The notes under the pieces were generated by a model. It was not told the origin of the DNA and ran no database searches. It was given only the letters and a program-made list of their open reading frames with translations. This document shows positions 36,038 through 49,212 of a stretch of DNA of 64,000 nucleotides, one piece after another (the first letter of the stretch is position 1; each line of letters begins with the position of its first letter). A program made the translations under genes and the position numbers. The stretch is from Octopus sinensis (Eukaryota), in the NCBI RefSeq assembly GCF_006345805.1, contig NC_043024.1, positions 3,162,001 through 3,226,000 of the forward strand. Direction: 5' to 3'.

Positions 36038-36378
36038 TGGAGATGTACTTGCATAGCGAGTGACTTGATCTGAGATTGTGTGCTGAAACGAAAACAATTG
36101 CAGCGTGGAAGGTGTTTATAAGCCATTTAAGAAACACACAAAACTCGTTAGATTCACTTCAACATTTAAATTTAATTTGTCAAAATATTTTCGTCCCTTT
36201 TGAGACAGCGATCTGTTCACTGACAAAACTTTGTGCAGCACGAAGTTTTGTCAGTGAACAGGTCGCCATCTCAAAGTGCCGAAAATATTTTGACAAATTA
36301 AATTTAAATATTGAAGTGAATCTAACGGGTTTTGTGTGTGTTTCTTAAATGGCTTATAAACATCTTCCATGCTGCAAT
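36038..36378. repeat. Foldback repeat family F (palindromic copy)
   Basis: ~130-bp arms; other copies at 44703, 56108 and 58001. Confidence 0.85.
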
Positions 36379-36381
36379 TAT

Positions 36382-36451
<70 letters not shown>

Positions 36452-36939
36452 ATATATGGATGTGTATATATATATATATTATATATTTGTTGTGTAAGAT
36501 TTTTACAGGCATCCCCCCCACACACACACACTAAATAAATGTAGACGCACATAGAGATATAAGCGCATGCGCAAATGAAGACATACAATAGAAATTCAAA
36601 ATGGCTGACGGTTTGGTGGAAGATTTTAATTCAGAACTTTTGTAAACAAGACATTTGTACTCAGAGCCAGAGCTAGTTTCTGCTGGGTTGGTATCAAAAG
36701 GGTTAATGCAGAAATCAAATATATTCCCTCAAAATTTCATTACCCTTAATTGTGGTTAGCAATTTAAATACCAATTTATTTTTTGCTGAGGTATGTCATG
36801 TTTGAAACTATTTCCTGTTCAGATATGTCAAGTTCGTTGAGGCAACATCGCCTACAAGGAATACTAGTTCTATTTTTTGAAAAACATTATTGCATGGAAG
36901 TAATTATAATATCTAGTAATTGTTGTAGAATTAGTAATA

Positions 36940-37205
36940 GGGGTCGTGATGTGTGTGTGTGTCAGTGGTGCATTGTGTTCTTGAGCAAGACACTTCATTT
37001 CACATCACTCCAATCCACTCAGCTGGCAAAAATGAGCTGTACCAGTAATTCAAAAGGGCCAGTCTTGTCACATTCTCTGTCTTGCTGAATCTAGAACTAC
37101 ATAAAGGGCACGCATGTCTGTGGAGCGCACAGCCACTTGCACATTAGTTTCAAGAGCAAGCTGTTCCATTGGTTGGAACCCTTGTCAGCTTAAACAATGG
37201 AGTGC

Positions 37206-37210
<5 letters not shown>
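36940..37210 (+). mobile_element. SINE family D (partial)
   Basis: GTTCTTGAGCAAGACACTTCATTTCAC... is shared with 42210-42500 and 55130-55445. Confidence 0.75.
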
Positions 37211-37236
<26 letters not shown>

Positions 37237-37816
37237 CATTTTGATCTTGGGATTGTGTGTTAATTGTAAGCAAATGTCACCATCATACAAATAGTGTCGT
37301 TTGTTTGCAATAGAGTCTGGACTAGAGGGAAATATAACCTTGCTTAGAAACAGATGAAAGTTGGTGACAGGAAGAGCATCTTGCTGCAGAAAATCTCTCT
37401 CAGTGGATTTCATCTGACTCATGAAAGCATGGAAAATTAGTAAAATGACAATGATGATAATATATATATATATAATGTACTGTTCCGTGACGGTAAGATC
37501 AACAAAAAAGTACTCCATCTAGTGAGAGATAACTATCATTTAATAGACACAGTTCATGTTTTTATGTGTTAGTAATAGTTCATATGTTGAGAAATACCTC
37601 AAACATATTATCAGGCACAAACCACATATCCTTTCAGGGTCAATAAAATAAGTACCAGTTGAGCACTGGGGTTGGGGGGTGGAGGGGGATCACAAACTTG
37701 CTGAATGAAGTATGTGTTATGAAAGGTGGTTTGTGCCTGATGAATATGTTTGAGGAGGTATTTCTCAGTATATAAAACTATTAGTAGCATATAAAAACAT
37801 GTTTTGTGTCTATTAA

Positions 37817-38038
37817 TCTTTTTGTTACCGTATTTATTTTGAGATGCTCTGTGTGTCTTTCAATTAATTTTAAATATAACAAAGAATTTAGTAAAATAAC
37901 TTAGTTATCATTCAGCTAGTTTTAGGAACATAAATTGTGACTAAGGTTTGGAGGAAGATTTTAATTCAATACTTATGAAAACAAGACACTTGTACTACAG
38001 AGCCAAAGGCGATTTCAGACAGTTTGTTATCAAAAGGG
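37817..38038. mobile_element. piggyBac-like MITE
   Basis: Flanked by TTAA, ends AAAGGG; homologous to 38692-38905. Confidence 0.75.
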
Positions 38039-38044
38039 TTAAGA

Positions 38045-38640
38045 ATTCATCATCATCATCATCATCGTTTAATGTCTGCTTTCCATGCTAGCATGAGTTG
38101 GACAATTTTGACTGAGGGCTGGTGAACCCGATGGCTGCACCAGGCTCCAATCTTGATTTGGCAGAGTTTCTACAGCTGGATGCCCTTCCTAACGCCAACC
38201 ACTCCGAGAGTGTAGTGGATGCTTTTTACGTGCCACTGGGAAGGGGGCCAGTCAGGCGGTATTGGCAACGACCTCGCTCGAATCTTTTTACACATGCCAC
38301 CAGCACAGGTGCCAGTAAGGCAACTTTTGTAACGTGCCACTGGCATGGAAGCCAGTTGGCTACTCTGGCAACGATCACGCTCAGATGGTGCTCTTGGCAC
38401 CCTACTAGCACGGGCACAAGTGCCAGTAAGGCGACGCTGGTAACGATCACGCTCGAATGGTGCCCTTTAAGTGCCACTGGCACGGGAGCTGGTTAGCCGC
38501 TCTGTCAATGATCACGCTCGTATGGTGCTCTTTGCACCCTGCTAGCACGGACGCCAGTCATTGAATTTGATTTTGATTTTGCTTTTGATTGATTTCACTT
38601 GCCTCAACAAGTCTTCGCAAGCAGAGTTTTAGTGTCCAAA
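38045..38640 (-). mobile_element. RTE 3'UTR with hairpin tandem array
   Basis: (CAT)n tail on the left; ~60-bp GCCAG/CTGGC units. Confidence 0.85.
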
Positions 38641-38691
38641 GAAGGAAAAAAGGAAAAAGGAAAAGAATTGTTTCCCTATTATATATTTTAA

Positions 38692-38905
38692 CCCTTTTGT
38701 TACCATATTTCTGTTGAAATGCTCTGTTTCTTTTAATTAACTTTAAATATACCAAAGAATTTAGTAAAATAACTTAGTTATCATTCAGCTAGTGTTAGGA
38801 GCATAAATTGTGACTAAGGTTTGGTGGAAGATTTTAATTCAGAACCTTTGAAAACAAGACATTTGTACTACAGAGCCAGTTTCAGCTGGGTTGGTATTGA
38901 AAGGG
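38692..38905. mobile_element. piggyBac-like MITE, 214 bp
   Basis: TTAA|CCCTTT ... AAAGGG|TTAA; a partial third copy ends at 36702. Confidence 0.85.
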
Positions 38906-39700
38906 TTAAATAATGTATGTGTGTGTGTGTGTTTTAATGTGTTGAACAGGCAGAATTGTTAACATGCCAGGTGAAATGCTTACCAGTATTTTGTCCATCT
39001 TTGTTCTGAAATCAAATTCTGCCTAGGTTGACTTTGCCTTTGATCGTTTCTGGGTCAATAAAATAAGTACCAGTTGAGCACTGGGGGTTAATGTTATTAG
39101 GTTACATGAATTATTTATATACAGTCTCACAGGGGAGATTTTATGTAACATATTTTGAGAAATAGCAAACGAATCTCCCTCAAACAATCCCCTACAGTCT
39201 GTGATGAAAGAAGAGAAAGATCATAAAAATATTGAAAAGTAGTAATAGTGGGTGAAGAGGAATTATGGGAAGTTGAATGAGAACAGTAGGGGTGGTGGGA
39301 ATTAAACAGCTTTCTAAACTGTGTTGTCCTAACTTAAACCCTCCATTTTCTATTCTCCCACCTTCAGTGATTCTTTTAATATCGGTTTCAAATTTTGGCA
39401 CAAGGTCAACAAATTCAGGGGTGAGGGGGAAGGCATTCTTTAATATTGCTTCGTCTTTCTCTCTTTTGCCGTTTTCCTGTCTTTTACTGTCATTGGCAGC
39501 AGTCTGTTCGCAGTTTTATTGCAGTGTGAGATTTTTTATTCACATACGCAATCCTACTGTCTGATGTATGTTACAAGCCAACAATGGAGACCTGTTCAAG
39601 GTAGATGTACCTAATAGAAACAGCAGCCAAAAACTCCCCTTAATCATATCTACTATCTTTTGTATGTATGGAGATTTCTGTATTGCATGATGTGGTAGAT

Positions 39701-40025
39701 CAGGGGTTTCAACCATTTTTTACCGATGGACCCCTTTGATTACTCTTTTATTCTAGCAGATCCTTTTGGCCATTTGATGCTTAAAAACTAATTTCTATTT
39801 CGTTTTTCATCCATTAATTTGTGTTGGTTGAACTATGTAAAATGTTACAGAAAGGAACCTAATTGTCCCTTGTAATACATAACCAATACATACATCTAAA
39901 GCAAAATTATTTCAGGGACCCTTGAAATACTATTGTGGACAAGTTGCTAATTCATTGCATGGATCCCACCACCAAATCCTATATGGACCCTCAGGAGCCA
40001 TATGGAACCCGCTTGAGAACCACTG
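39701..40025. mobile_element. hAT-Charlie-like MITE
   Basis: TIRs CAGGGGTTTCAACC / (rc) CAGTGGTTCTCAAGC; imperfect 8-bp TSD TGGTAGAT / TACTAGAT. Confidence 0.75.
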
Positions 40026-40159
40026 TACTAGATGAAGTAGCCAAATAATCATTTCATGTGCTATGTTCGTGTGTATATATGAACTAGTTAGTGAGTCTCT
40101 ACATATCTTGGCCTGTTAGAAATAGTAGGCAAATCTCCCTCAAATTATACCCTACTAGC

Positions 40160-40600
40160 ATATGTCATCATCATCATTATTGTTCGACCATGGTCGAGAC
40201 AATGGAATTTACCATGCTACGCCAGACTTCACGATCCATCATGGCATTACGGAGGTCCTGTTACTGGATGCCTGTATCCCTGGAGATTACATCAGGGTAA
40301 GAGAGTGTGCGCTGTCTGGCATTGCGAGTAGATGGCTTCCAGAGGAGGAGAGTAGAAATTACCTCTTTTTCAGCTCTACAACAATGTCCAGCAAACAGGA
40401 CTCTCCTACCTTTCACAAGAGATGACACAGGTGGTAGTTTCCCATATATTTGCATTTATTTGGATGGCGCTTCCACAAGAGATTTTGAGCTCTCATAAGG
40501 AGGCGAGTGTAGGTTCCATCCAACTGCCTCTCAAGGTTCTTTGATAATATCCAGGTTTCTGAGCCATATAGTAGAATTGGTTCGACTGTGGCTTTGAAGA
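40160..40600 (-). mobile_element. RTE LINE 3' fragment (second family)
   Basis: VEPILLYGSETW..LDGTYTRLLM..RR..FAGHC.R; (GAT)n tail. Confidence 0.85.
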
Positions 40601-41157
40601 CTGTGGCATATGAACTAATGAGAGAGCCTTCTACATGATAGTTAGACCTGACAGAAATAACAGCCAAATCTTTCTAAAACAGACACCCTTCTATGTATGT
40701 ATGTGTGTGTGTGTGTCTGTGTATGTCTGTCAGTCAGTCAGTCAGCCAGACAGAAGTGTGCTGCATAGGTGGGCAAGGTAGGCAGTGCCTACCTCAAATA
40801 AAATAGATCAATAGCATCATTTTCCTTTTATGGCAAAATATGGACCTAATTCAATAAAATTGTGAAGGTTACTCTTGATACAATGCATAAAATACAAAAT
40901 ATTTTATTTTTTGCAGATTAGGTAGGCATAATTCACCCTTGCCTTTCAATCTCAGTATTTAAACCACGCATAATACTGCTGTGGAACACGTGCTGTGTAC
41001 ACTTCTACAGCTCCGTTTTCGTTACGTGCTATAAAGGCAGGAATAGATCTGCCATCAATTCAGTCGCTTGCCTGTGTTTTGTTTATTTTTTTTGTGTGTT
41101 TTACTGCATAAAGATCCCCAACTACCTATCCTGAGTAATTATTGATGGCATGTGCCT

Positions 41158-41200
<43 letters not shown>

Positions 41201-41582
41201 GGAGGGACGTATGTTTGTATATATATGTGTGTACATGTATATCTATTTATATATGTATATGTAGGATATGTGTAAAGGATCTGAGTGCATAGTAAAAATA
41301 ATAACAATACAAATTGCTATTATTTTGTGAAATAATTGAGGAGACAGATCCAGACAGGTGAACAAAAGTCAGTGGAGCAAACTTGGAACAGAAGGATTTG
41401 CTGGAATATAACTAGGCCTGAAGATACTCTCTCTCTCTCACACACACGCACACATCCATATGCACATACATACATCCATAAACACATACATACATTCATA
41501 CATACATTCATATATACATTCATAAATTCAAATATAGTTCACTGTGAACCTGTTACTTGGTCAAGATCTACATGTAGATAAA

Positions 41583-41587
<5 letters not shown>

Positions 41588-41617
<30 letters not shown>

Positions 41618-41775
41618 GCATACATATATATTTACATCCACTCAAACATACATGTACATGCATATATATGCATACATACATGCATAAATGCATGCATACA
41701 TGCATACATACATACACACACACACATACATACATGCATATATACATGCAAACCTATATACATACATATACATAC

Positions 41776-41808
<33 letters not shown>

Positions 41809-42178
41809 CATACATACATATATACATACATATATATACATGCTTACATACATGCATGCTTGCATACATGCACACACGTACATACATACACGCACACATA
41901 CATACACACATACACACATACATATATACACATACATACATACATATGTACATACATTCATACATACATACATACATACACACATATGTACATACATACA
42001 CACATACACACATACATATATACACATACATACATACATATGTACATACATTCATACATACATACATACATACACACATATGTACATACATACACACATA
42101 CATGCGTACATACATACACACATACCTACATAACTACATGCTTAAATACATACACACATACATACATACATAAATAAG
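41588..42178. repeat. Complex (TACA/CATA/CA)n microsatellite
   Basis: Direct reading. Confidence 0.98.
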
Positions 42179-42199
42179 TAAATAAATAAAAGATAAAGA

Positions 42200-42510
42200 C
42201 CCCCTTCTGTCATAAATAACCATGGGATTGCACCTGGAGAGTTTCCCTCAAAGACACAAGTCTGGACAAGGTTGTTTATGGGAGACCAGCAGTTGCCCAG
42301 GCATACCATACACCCAAGAGAAAGGCAAAGGGGCCGATACAGCTTGGCACCTGTGACATCGCAACTCATTTCTACAGATGAGTGAACTAGAGCAATGTGA
42401 AATAAAGCATCTTGCTCAAGAACACAACACACAGCCTGGTCTGGGAATCGAACTCACTACCTCACAATTGTAAACCCGATGTTCTACCCACTGAGCCATG
42501 AGCCTTCACA
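42200..42510 (-). mobile_element. SINE family D, tRNA-like head with alternative tail
   Basis: Minus strand GGCTCATGGCTCAGTGGGTAG...GAGTTCGATTCCC (A and B boxes). Confidence 0.8.
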
Positions 42511-42576
42511 TACATAGTATTAAGTACTTCTGGCATTTGTCTATCTAAGTATGCACATATATATATATGTGTGTGT

Positions 42577-43327
42577 GTGTGCGTGAAAAAGTGCCAATCC
42601 CTAGCAGTTGAGGGAACCCGTGGAAGAGGTAGACCCAGGAAAACCTGGGACGAGGTGGTGAAGCACAACCTTCGAACTTTAGGCCTCACTGAGGAAATGA
42701 CCAGCGACCGATACCTTTGGAAATATGCTGTACATGAGAAGACCAGGCAGGACAAGTGAGTCCAGCCAACTTATGCATGCCTTTCCTCCCTTGGACACAC
42801 AAAGACCTGTTGAGGCAAGCGAAGTCGATATCGAACCTCATCCAACGACAGGCACCCTGTTGGGGCAAGTGGAATCGAAATCGAAATTGAATCAATCCTA
42901 TGACTGGCACCCGGCAGATGCCAGGACCCCTGAACTGGTGGTACGTAAAAAGCACTATTCGAATCGTGGCCGATGCCAGCGCCGCCTCGACTGGCTTCCA
43001 TGCCGGTGGCACGTAAAAAGCACCATCCGAATCGAAGCCAAAGCCAGTGCCGCCTTGACTGGCTTCCGTGCCGGTGGCACGTAAAATGCATCAATCCGAC
43101 CGTGGCCGTTGCCAGCCTCGCCTGGCACCTGTGCAGGTGGCACGTAAAAAGCACCCACTACACTCACGGAGTGGTTGGCGTTAGGAAGGGCATCCAGCTG
43201 TAGAAATTTTGCCAGACAAGACTGGAGCCTGGTGCAGCCTTCTGGCTTCCCAGATCCCCGGTCGAACCGTCCAACCCATGCTAGCATGGAGAACGGACGT
43301 TAAACGATGATGATGATGATGATGATG
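42577..43327 (+). mobile_element. RTE LINE 3' end
   Basis: VEGTRGRGRPRKTWDEVVK, 3'UTR array and (GAT)n tail. Confidence 0.92.
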
Positions 43328-43391
<64 letters not shown>

Positions 43392-43404
43392 TATACATAT
43401 ATAT

Positions 43405-43815
43405 AGGCATAGGAGTGGCTGTGTGGTAAGTAGCTTGCTTACCAACCACATGGTTCCGGGTTCAGTCTCACTGCGTGGAACCTTGGTCAAGTGTCTTCTA
43501 CTATAGCCTTAGGCTGACCAAAGCCTTGTGAGTGGATTTGGTAGACGGAAACTGAAAGAAGCCTGTCGTATATATGTATATATATATATGTGTGTGGGTG
43601 TGTATGCTTGTGTGTCTGTGTTTGTCCCCCCCAAAATCACTTAGCAACCGATGCTGGTGTGTTTACGTCCCTGTAACTTAGTGGTTTGGCAAAAGAGACC
43701 GATAGAATAAGTACTAGGCTTACAAAGAATAAATCATGGGGTCGATCTGCTCGACTAAAGGCAGTACTCCAGTATGGCCCCAGTCAAATGACTGAAACAA
43801 GTAAAAGATAAAGAG
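43405..43815 (+). mobile_element. SINE family A, full copy
   Basis: Family match. Confidence 0.92.
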
Positions 43816-44702
43816 AGAGTATATACACACACACACACGTGCACATATATATATATTCTTTGTTTTGCACACATGCTCTCTCACACACACACACAAACAC
43901 TTCCATAAGGATTACATTCCTTTTCACACTTCCCTCCCGGTTTCTCACATAGGAGTGACCCTCGACACAAATAACACAAACCCTTCCTGGTTATGTAAAC
44001 AATGAGCCTGATATGGTTCAATAGAAACAGTTCAGCTTGTTTCCCAAACATAAAGGGTCTGGTCAGACCTTATAACAATATACATTTCTGCAAATATACA
44101 CTGTATGGTGCCACTGTGTCTAATCATCAAACAAAGAAAAACTAGCAGAAAGAGCTAAAAATCTTGGTTCTTAAAGCCTGTTGATCTCAAACATGGTAAC
44201 CTAATGTACATACATTCTTTTATTCTTTTACTTGTTTCAGTCATTTGACTGTGGCCATGCTGGAGCACCACATGCCTTTACACATACATGTATACATAAG
44301 TATATACATATACATACATACATATATATGTGTGTGTGTACACACATATACATGTTCTCGGTTCTGTTAATGGCTAGGCATTCAGGTGAGTATACTGGTA
44401 ATGATGTAGCAACATTTGAAATATTGTCCAGGTAAATCTAGCTGGAGGAGACTAATCAAATTTATGATAGCAAACGTATTTGAAGAGTCCAAAACCCAGG
44501 TACTAGATTATCCGATTCTAGGTTGTCCATTTATTTAATATTCTTTCTAGAGGTAAGATGAAATTTGTTTTGTTTGCTGCCGCATTTATCTTTGCCAGAA
44601 TATATACAGTGAAACTTTACTATAGCATCATAAAATTATCGACTGCTATTTCCAGTAAACATTGGTGCCTTGTTGTACCACTATTCTATATATATATATA
44701 TT

Positions 44703-45026
44703 ACAGAGATGTACTTGCATAGCAAGTGATTTGATCTGAGATCGTGTGTTGAAACGAAAACAATTGCAGAGTGGAAGGTGTTTGTAAGCCATTTAAGAAA
44801 CACACAAAAGCAGTTCGATTCACTTCAACATTTAAGTTTAATTTGTCAAAATATTTTCGTTGCTTTAAGACCGGGACCTATTCACTGACAAAAATCCGTC
44901 AGTGAACAGGTTGCGGTCTTAAAGCGATGAAAATATTTTGACAAATTAAACTTAAATGTTGAAGTGAATCGAACGGCTTTTGTGTGTTTCTTAAATGGCT
45001 TACAAACACCTTCCACGCTGCAATTG

Positions 45027-45027
<1 letters not shown>
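44703..45027. repeat. Foldback family F, near-perfect palindrome (arms 44760-44889 / 44898-45027)
   Basis: Direct reading. Confidence 0.92.
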
Positions 45028-45071
<44 letters not shown>

Positions 45072-45081
45072 GGGGGGATAA

Positions 45082-45200
45082 GAAATGGAGCAATAATTAA
45101 CAGTGAGAAGTGAGTCATTGGTGTTTTAAAGTCATTGTTTAATTAAGATGACTTTAAAACACCAATGACCCACTTCTCACTGTTAATTATTGCTCCATTT
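45082..45200. repeat. ~53-bp-arm inverted repeat with a 12-nt loop
   Basis: AAATGGAGCAATAATTAACAGTGAGAAGTG...CACTTCTCACTGTTAATTATTGCTCCATTT. Confidence 0.9.
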
Positions 45201-45360
45201 TTTTATCATCTCTAATATATTAAACCACAGTTTTACTTTTAAATTACCTACTACCGTATACCTTATAATGAGGACCATACATACTGAGGTAATACACCAG
45301 GAGTGCCTACAAATATATCTATTCCTTAGAAGGTTACATTACCTCTAACTTATATCTTAC

Positions 45361-45399
<39 letters not shown>

Positions 45400-45429
45400 A
45401 ATAGTAAAAAGTGAAAAAACTACAGAAGG

Positions 45430-48400
45430 CTTGTTTTAAAAGGTTAAAAAATATATATTTGAGTCATTATGTCTGAAGAATGTTATAGATTTTTTCATAA
45501 AATGGCATAGTTTTTGAAGAAATGACCGGTTTCACGTTCAGCTTTTCAAATTTCTTACATCGTTATGTTTACGTTGAGAAGTATGGAGAAGAGTTCCAGA
45601 TAAGGGGAGGTAATAAGTGATTTCTTCCATTGTAAGGGAGATAATCGCTTAATATTTCTTGCCTTTTTTTGGAGTGAGTTTCTCTGTATAAGAATGTTGG
45701 AATGGTTAAGTTTGGGCTTATATTTTTCAATGAAGAATGTTTCCTTGTTTAGTCTAATTTGTGTTGGTGTTCCAATAGCACATTGGTAAAATGGAAAGAT
45801 TAAAAATTGTGGTAGTAGTTGCTTTCCGCATTTCTCAATGTGCTCACTAAAGGGTATCATTCTGTATTCTGGGAATGCAATCTGTTGTCGATGCAGTGTG
45901 CATCTACGTCTGAGTGATAGTCCCGTGGACCCCACGTAGTTTTGGTGGCAGCCCAAGCATTTTATGACATAAATTATGTTTTCAGAGGCACAAGTAAAAT
46001 TAGATTTGATTTTGAATTTCTGTCCCTCTTTGAAGAGGAATTCTGATCCTTCTAGCAGGTTTGGACATGTTGCACAGTTCGGTCTACCACATTTTTTTAC
46101 TTTTGCATCCGTAATTTCAGAAAACAATTTTGTCTTTGTGAGAATCTTTTTAAGTGAATTAGGTTGTTTGTAGCTTTTAATGATTTGGTGTATGTTTAGA
46201 ATTTCCTTTAATTTGGGGTCCTTATGAAGTATTGGTAAATTCTGGGTGATGATGGTGAAGGCTTCTTTGTTTCTGGGGTTGTATGTGGATATGTAAGGTA
46301 GTATTTTCGGGGAAGGTGTGTTGTTGTGTTGAACTTTTCTCAAAGTTTCTATGTTGATTTCTGTTGCACGTCTGATCCCATCCTCTATGAGTTGAGCTGG
46401 GTAATGTCTGTCAATTAGGGTGTTTTTGAGTTCTTGCAGTCTAAAGTTCCTGGTATTTTGTTCTGACACTATTGTGCATATCCTTCTTGCAAGGTTGAAG
46501 GGATGTTTGTTTTAGTGTGTCTTGGGTGGCATGAATCAAAAAGTAGGTATTGTTTGGCGTCTGTGGCTTTGTAAAAAATGTCTGTTTCTATTTTAAGGTT
46601 AATTTTTTTAATTAGTATATCCAAGAATGGGAGCTCCTTTTTGTTGTATTCCATTGTGAACTGTATATTTGGGTTTATGCTGTTCAATAGGTTTTTGAAT
46701 TTTAGGAGTTTATCTGTGTTTTCATTCCAGAGTATAAAACAATCGTCCAGGAATCGTTTCCAATTCTCTTTTATGTATTGAGAGAGGGGGTTTCCAAAGA
46801 TTGATAAAGATTCCTGGTAAATGATTATTTCCTGGTAGCCCATTGTTAGGTTCACAATGACTGGTGCTGCCCTTGTACCCATAGCAATTCCGAATTTTTT
46901 ACGGTAAAATGTATTGTCAAACATGAAGTGGTTATTATGTAGGATGAATTCAATTGATTTAGTAATGAATTCTTTACTGATCCTTTTTGGTATTTCTTCC
47001 GGAAATTGGTCCAGCCAGAACTGTATTGCCTCTAGTCCATAATTATGAGGTATACTGGTATATAAGTTAACTACATCAAATGAAACCATGATTGTTTCTT
47101 CCTTGGCTTTTTTGGAAGGTGGTTTAACATATCTAAGTCATCTCTGATATGGCTATCGATATGTTTAAGGAAGGGTTTCAGGAGGATGTCCATAAATAGA
47201 CTTAGTCTGTGTGTTTCACAGGTTGGGCCAGCTACAATGGGTCGTAGTTTTAGGTCCCCCGGGTTAGGTGTGTGTATGTATGTCTTTGGTGATTTTTTAA
47301 TAGTTTCATTTATAATTTGGCTTTTATGAATTTTTGGCAGACCATAGAAGAGGCTAGGTTTGCATTTAAAGTTTGTTAGAAAGTCAATCTCTTTGGTTGT
47401 TAGTTCCTTTTCATGGGTTTTAATTAGTGAAGATAGAGTTTTCATTATTTTTTTGTGGGGTGTAGTTGGTGATTTTTTCATAATGTTGGTTGTCATCAAG
47501 CAAGGAAATTACAAGATTTCTATAGTATGATGTATCCATTATTACAACTGCACTTCCCTTGTCTGCTTCCTTAATGGTTATATCTTCATCATTTTGAAGT
47601 TCTATCAGTTCCTTCCATTGTGTAGTGTTAAAATTTGAGTTAACTGTCTGTTTATGTATAGTATGGTAGGGAAAGTTCTCAATGTGGTTGCAGAATTCGT
47701 CAAGATCTTTATTTCTTCCTCTGTGGGGGATGTGTTCACTTTTGTTCTTGACTAGTGATTCATCTTCAGTATTGAAACTGGTTGATGCATCTGCTAGTCT
47801 TAATTTTCTGCAAAATTCTGTTATATTATCCTTGATTTCATTTAGGTTGGCTCTGCATGGAGTTGGTGTAAATTTGAGCCCTTTTGAGAGGATGTCAATT
47901 TTTATGCTAGAGAGAGGTTTGGTTGAAAGGTTGATTATCTTCGGTTTTTCCTTATTACTAGGTTCCAGCCTGTGTCCTGGTGTCTCTGGTCCCTGGCTAA
48001 AAAATGTTGGGTGTAATTTTGTTTGTATGAGTTATCTGTGAGGTTGTGTGATATTGGGTCGGGGGAATGGTGGTATTGTTGCCTCCGATTGTTGTGTGTG
48101 TGTGGGAATCTATGGTTGTTTTTGTTTGTGGTGTGTGTAAAATTTCTGTATGTGAAATATTTTTGTTTCGAACTGCTTGTATGTGGGATGTTGCTTGACA
48201 TAGTGTTTTTTTGCGTTTGTCTTGTGTTCGGTGGGGACCAGTAATTTTGGTTCATGGGGTAGTAGCGACTTGTGTGTGGTGTATTTCTTATTCTAGTGTC
48301 GTTTTGTGCTGTATGGTGGTTGGGTCTGGTATTAGGATATTGTTGGTGTGTTCTGTTTTTGGTGTAATCTATTTCATAGATGCGTTGTCTGTCAGCTTGT

Positions 48401-48640
48401 TCCCTGTCTTGCGTGGTTTGGAAATGTTGGTTGTGGGTGATTTCTGTTTCTAGTGTATGGAGGATAGTTGGGGGTTGTTCGTGGGTTGTTTGGTTTTTCT
48501 TTTTTATTTTTTGTAATTTTCTTAAGGAAGGGGTTATCTGTACCCAATTCATTTTTGAAAGTTGAAGTATATCTTTGGAAGAAATCGTTGCTTTTTTTCC
48601 CAGCGCAGGAGAGAATTTCTCTCTTCTTTTTCACAGGTAT
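45430..48640 (-). mobile_element. Near-full-length Penelope-like element (RT plus C-terminal GIY-YIG), frameshifted
   Basis: IINLS..LSKGLKFTPT, IKEADKGSAVVIM, LRPIVAG, SFDVVNLYTSIP, GIAMGT, RFLDDCF, LPFLDI, YLLFDSCHP, C.RP.C.TC, IY.IKC.GC..YVGST..LR.R...H. Confidence 0.95.
45517..45556 (-). ncRNA. Minimal type I hammerhead at the PLE 3' end, U3:A8 variant
   Basis: Minus strand: AAGAAAT-TTGAAAA-GC(TGAAC)GT-GAAACCGGTC-ATTTCTT. Confidence 0.65.
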
Positions 48641-48649
48641 CTTTCCAAT

Positions 48650-49045
48650 GATTTAATGTATTTTCAAGGGGTTGTCCCTCGGTATGTTTTTGCCCATGCA
48701 TACCAGCCTCCCCTCTCCAAGCCACTGGGAAATCAAAGCCCGATACAGCTTGGCACCAGTGATGTCGCAGCTCATTCATTAGCGTGCAAGTGGCTGAGCA
48801 CTCCACAGACACGTGTACCCTTAACGTAGTTCTCGGGGAGATTCAGCATGACACAGAGTGTGACAAGGCTGATCCTTTGAAATACAGGTACAACGGAAAC
48901 AGGAAGAAAGAGTGAGGGAAAGTTGTGGTGAAAGAGTACAGGAGGGATCACCACCACCCCCTGCCGGAACCTCGTGGAGCTTTAGGTGTTTTAGCTAAAT
49001 AAACACTCACAATGCTTGGTCTGGGAATCGAAACTGTGATCATAC
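48650..49045 (-). mobile_element. Chimeric SINE (family C head plus family D-type body/tails)
   Basis: Head matches 15774-15960; downstream sequence matches 55250-55380 and 42340-42380. Confidence 0.75.
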
Positions 49046-49212
49046 ATATTATAAAAATAAAGATATTACTTGTGACGTATATTTGCCATTTAAATATGGC
49101 TAACCCCTAAGGGTGGATGCTATTGTAGTTTGTAGCCCCAGGAGGACACCTCCTCCAGCTGGCTATAGACACACTTTCTGTACCCTATCAGTATTTGCAA
49201 AAGGAAGCCATC

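Noticed and set aside
41632-42177. Overlapping 100-170 aa ORFs (YIHT/MCVY repeats)
   Set aside because: Microsatellite translation.
44905-44950. Hammerhead in foldback family F (GAAAATATTT)
   Set aside because: No YUGANRA core upstream.
45473-45525. Plus-strand CTGAAGA hammerhead
   Set aside because: GAAA does not follow the putative stem II and no stem I or III forms; the real candidate is on the minus strand.
47935-48552. 205-aa Thr/His/Gln-rich ORF as a separate gene
   Set aside because: It is in the same orientation as, and contiguous with, the frameshifted Penelope ORF; best treated as its low-complexity N-terminal region.
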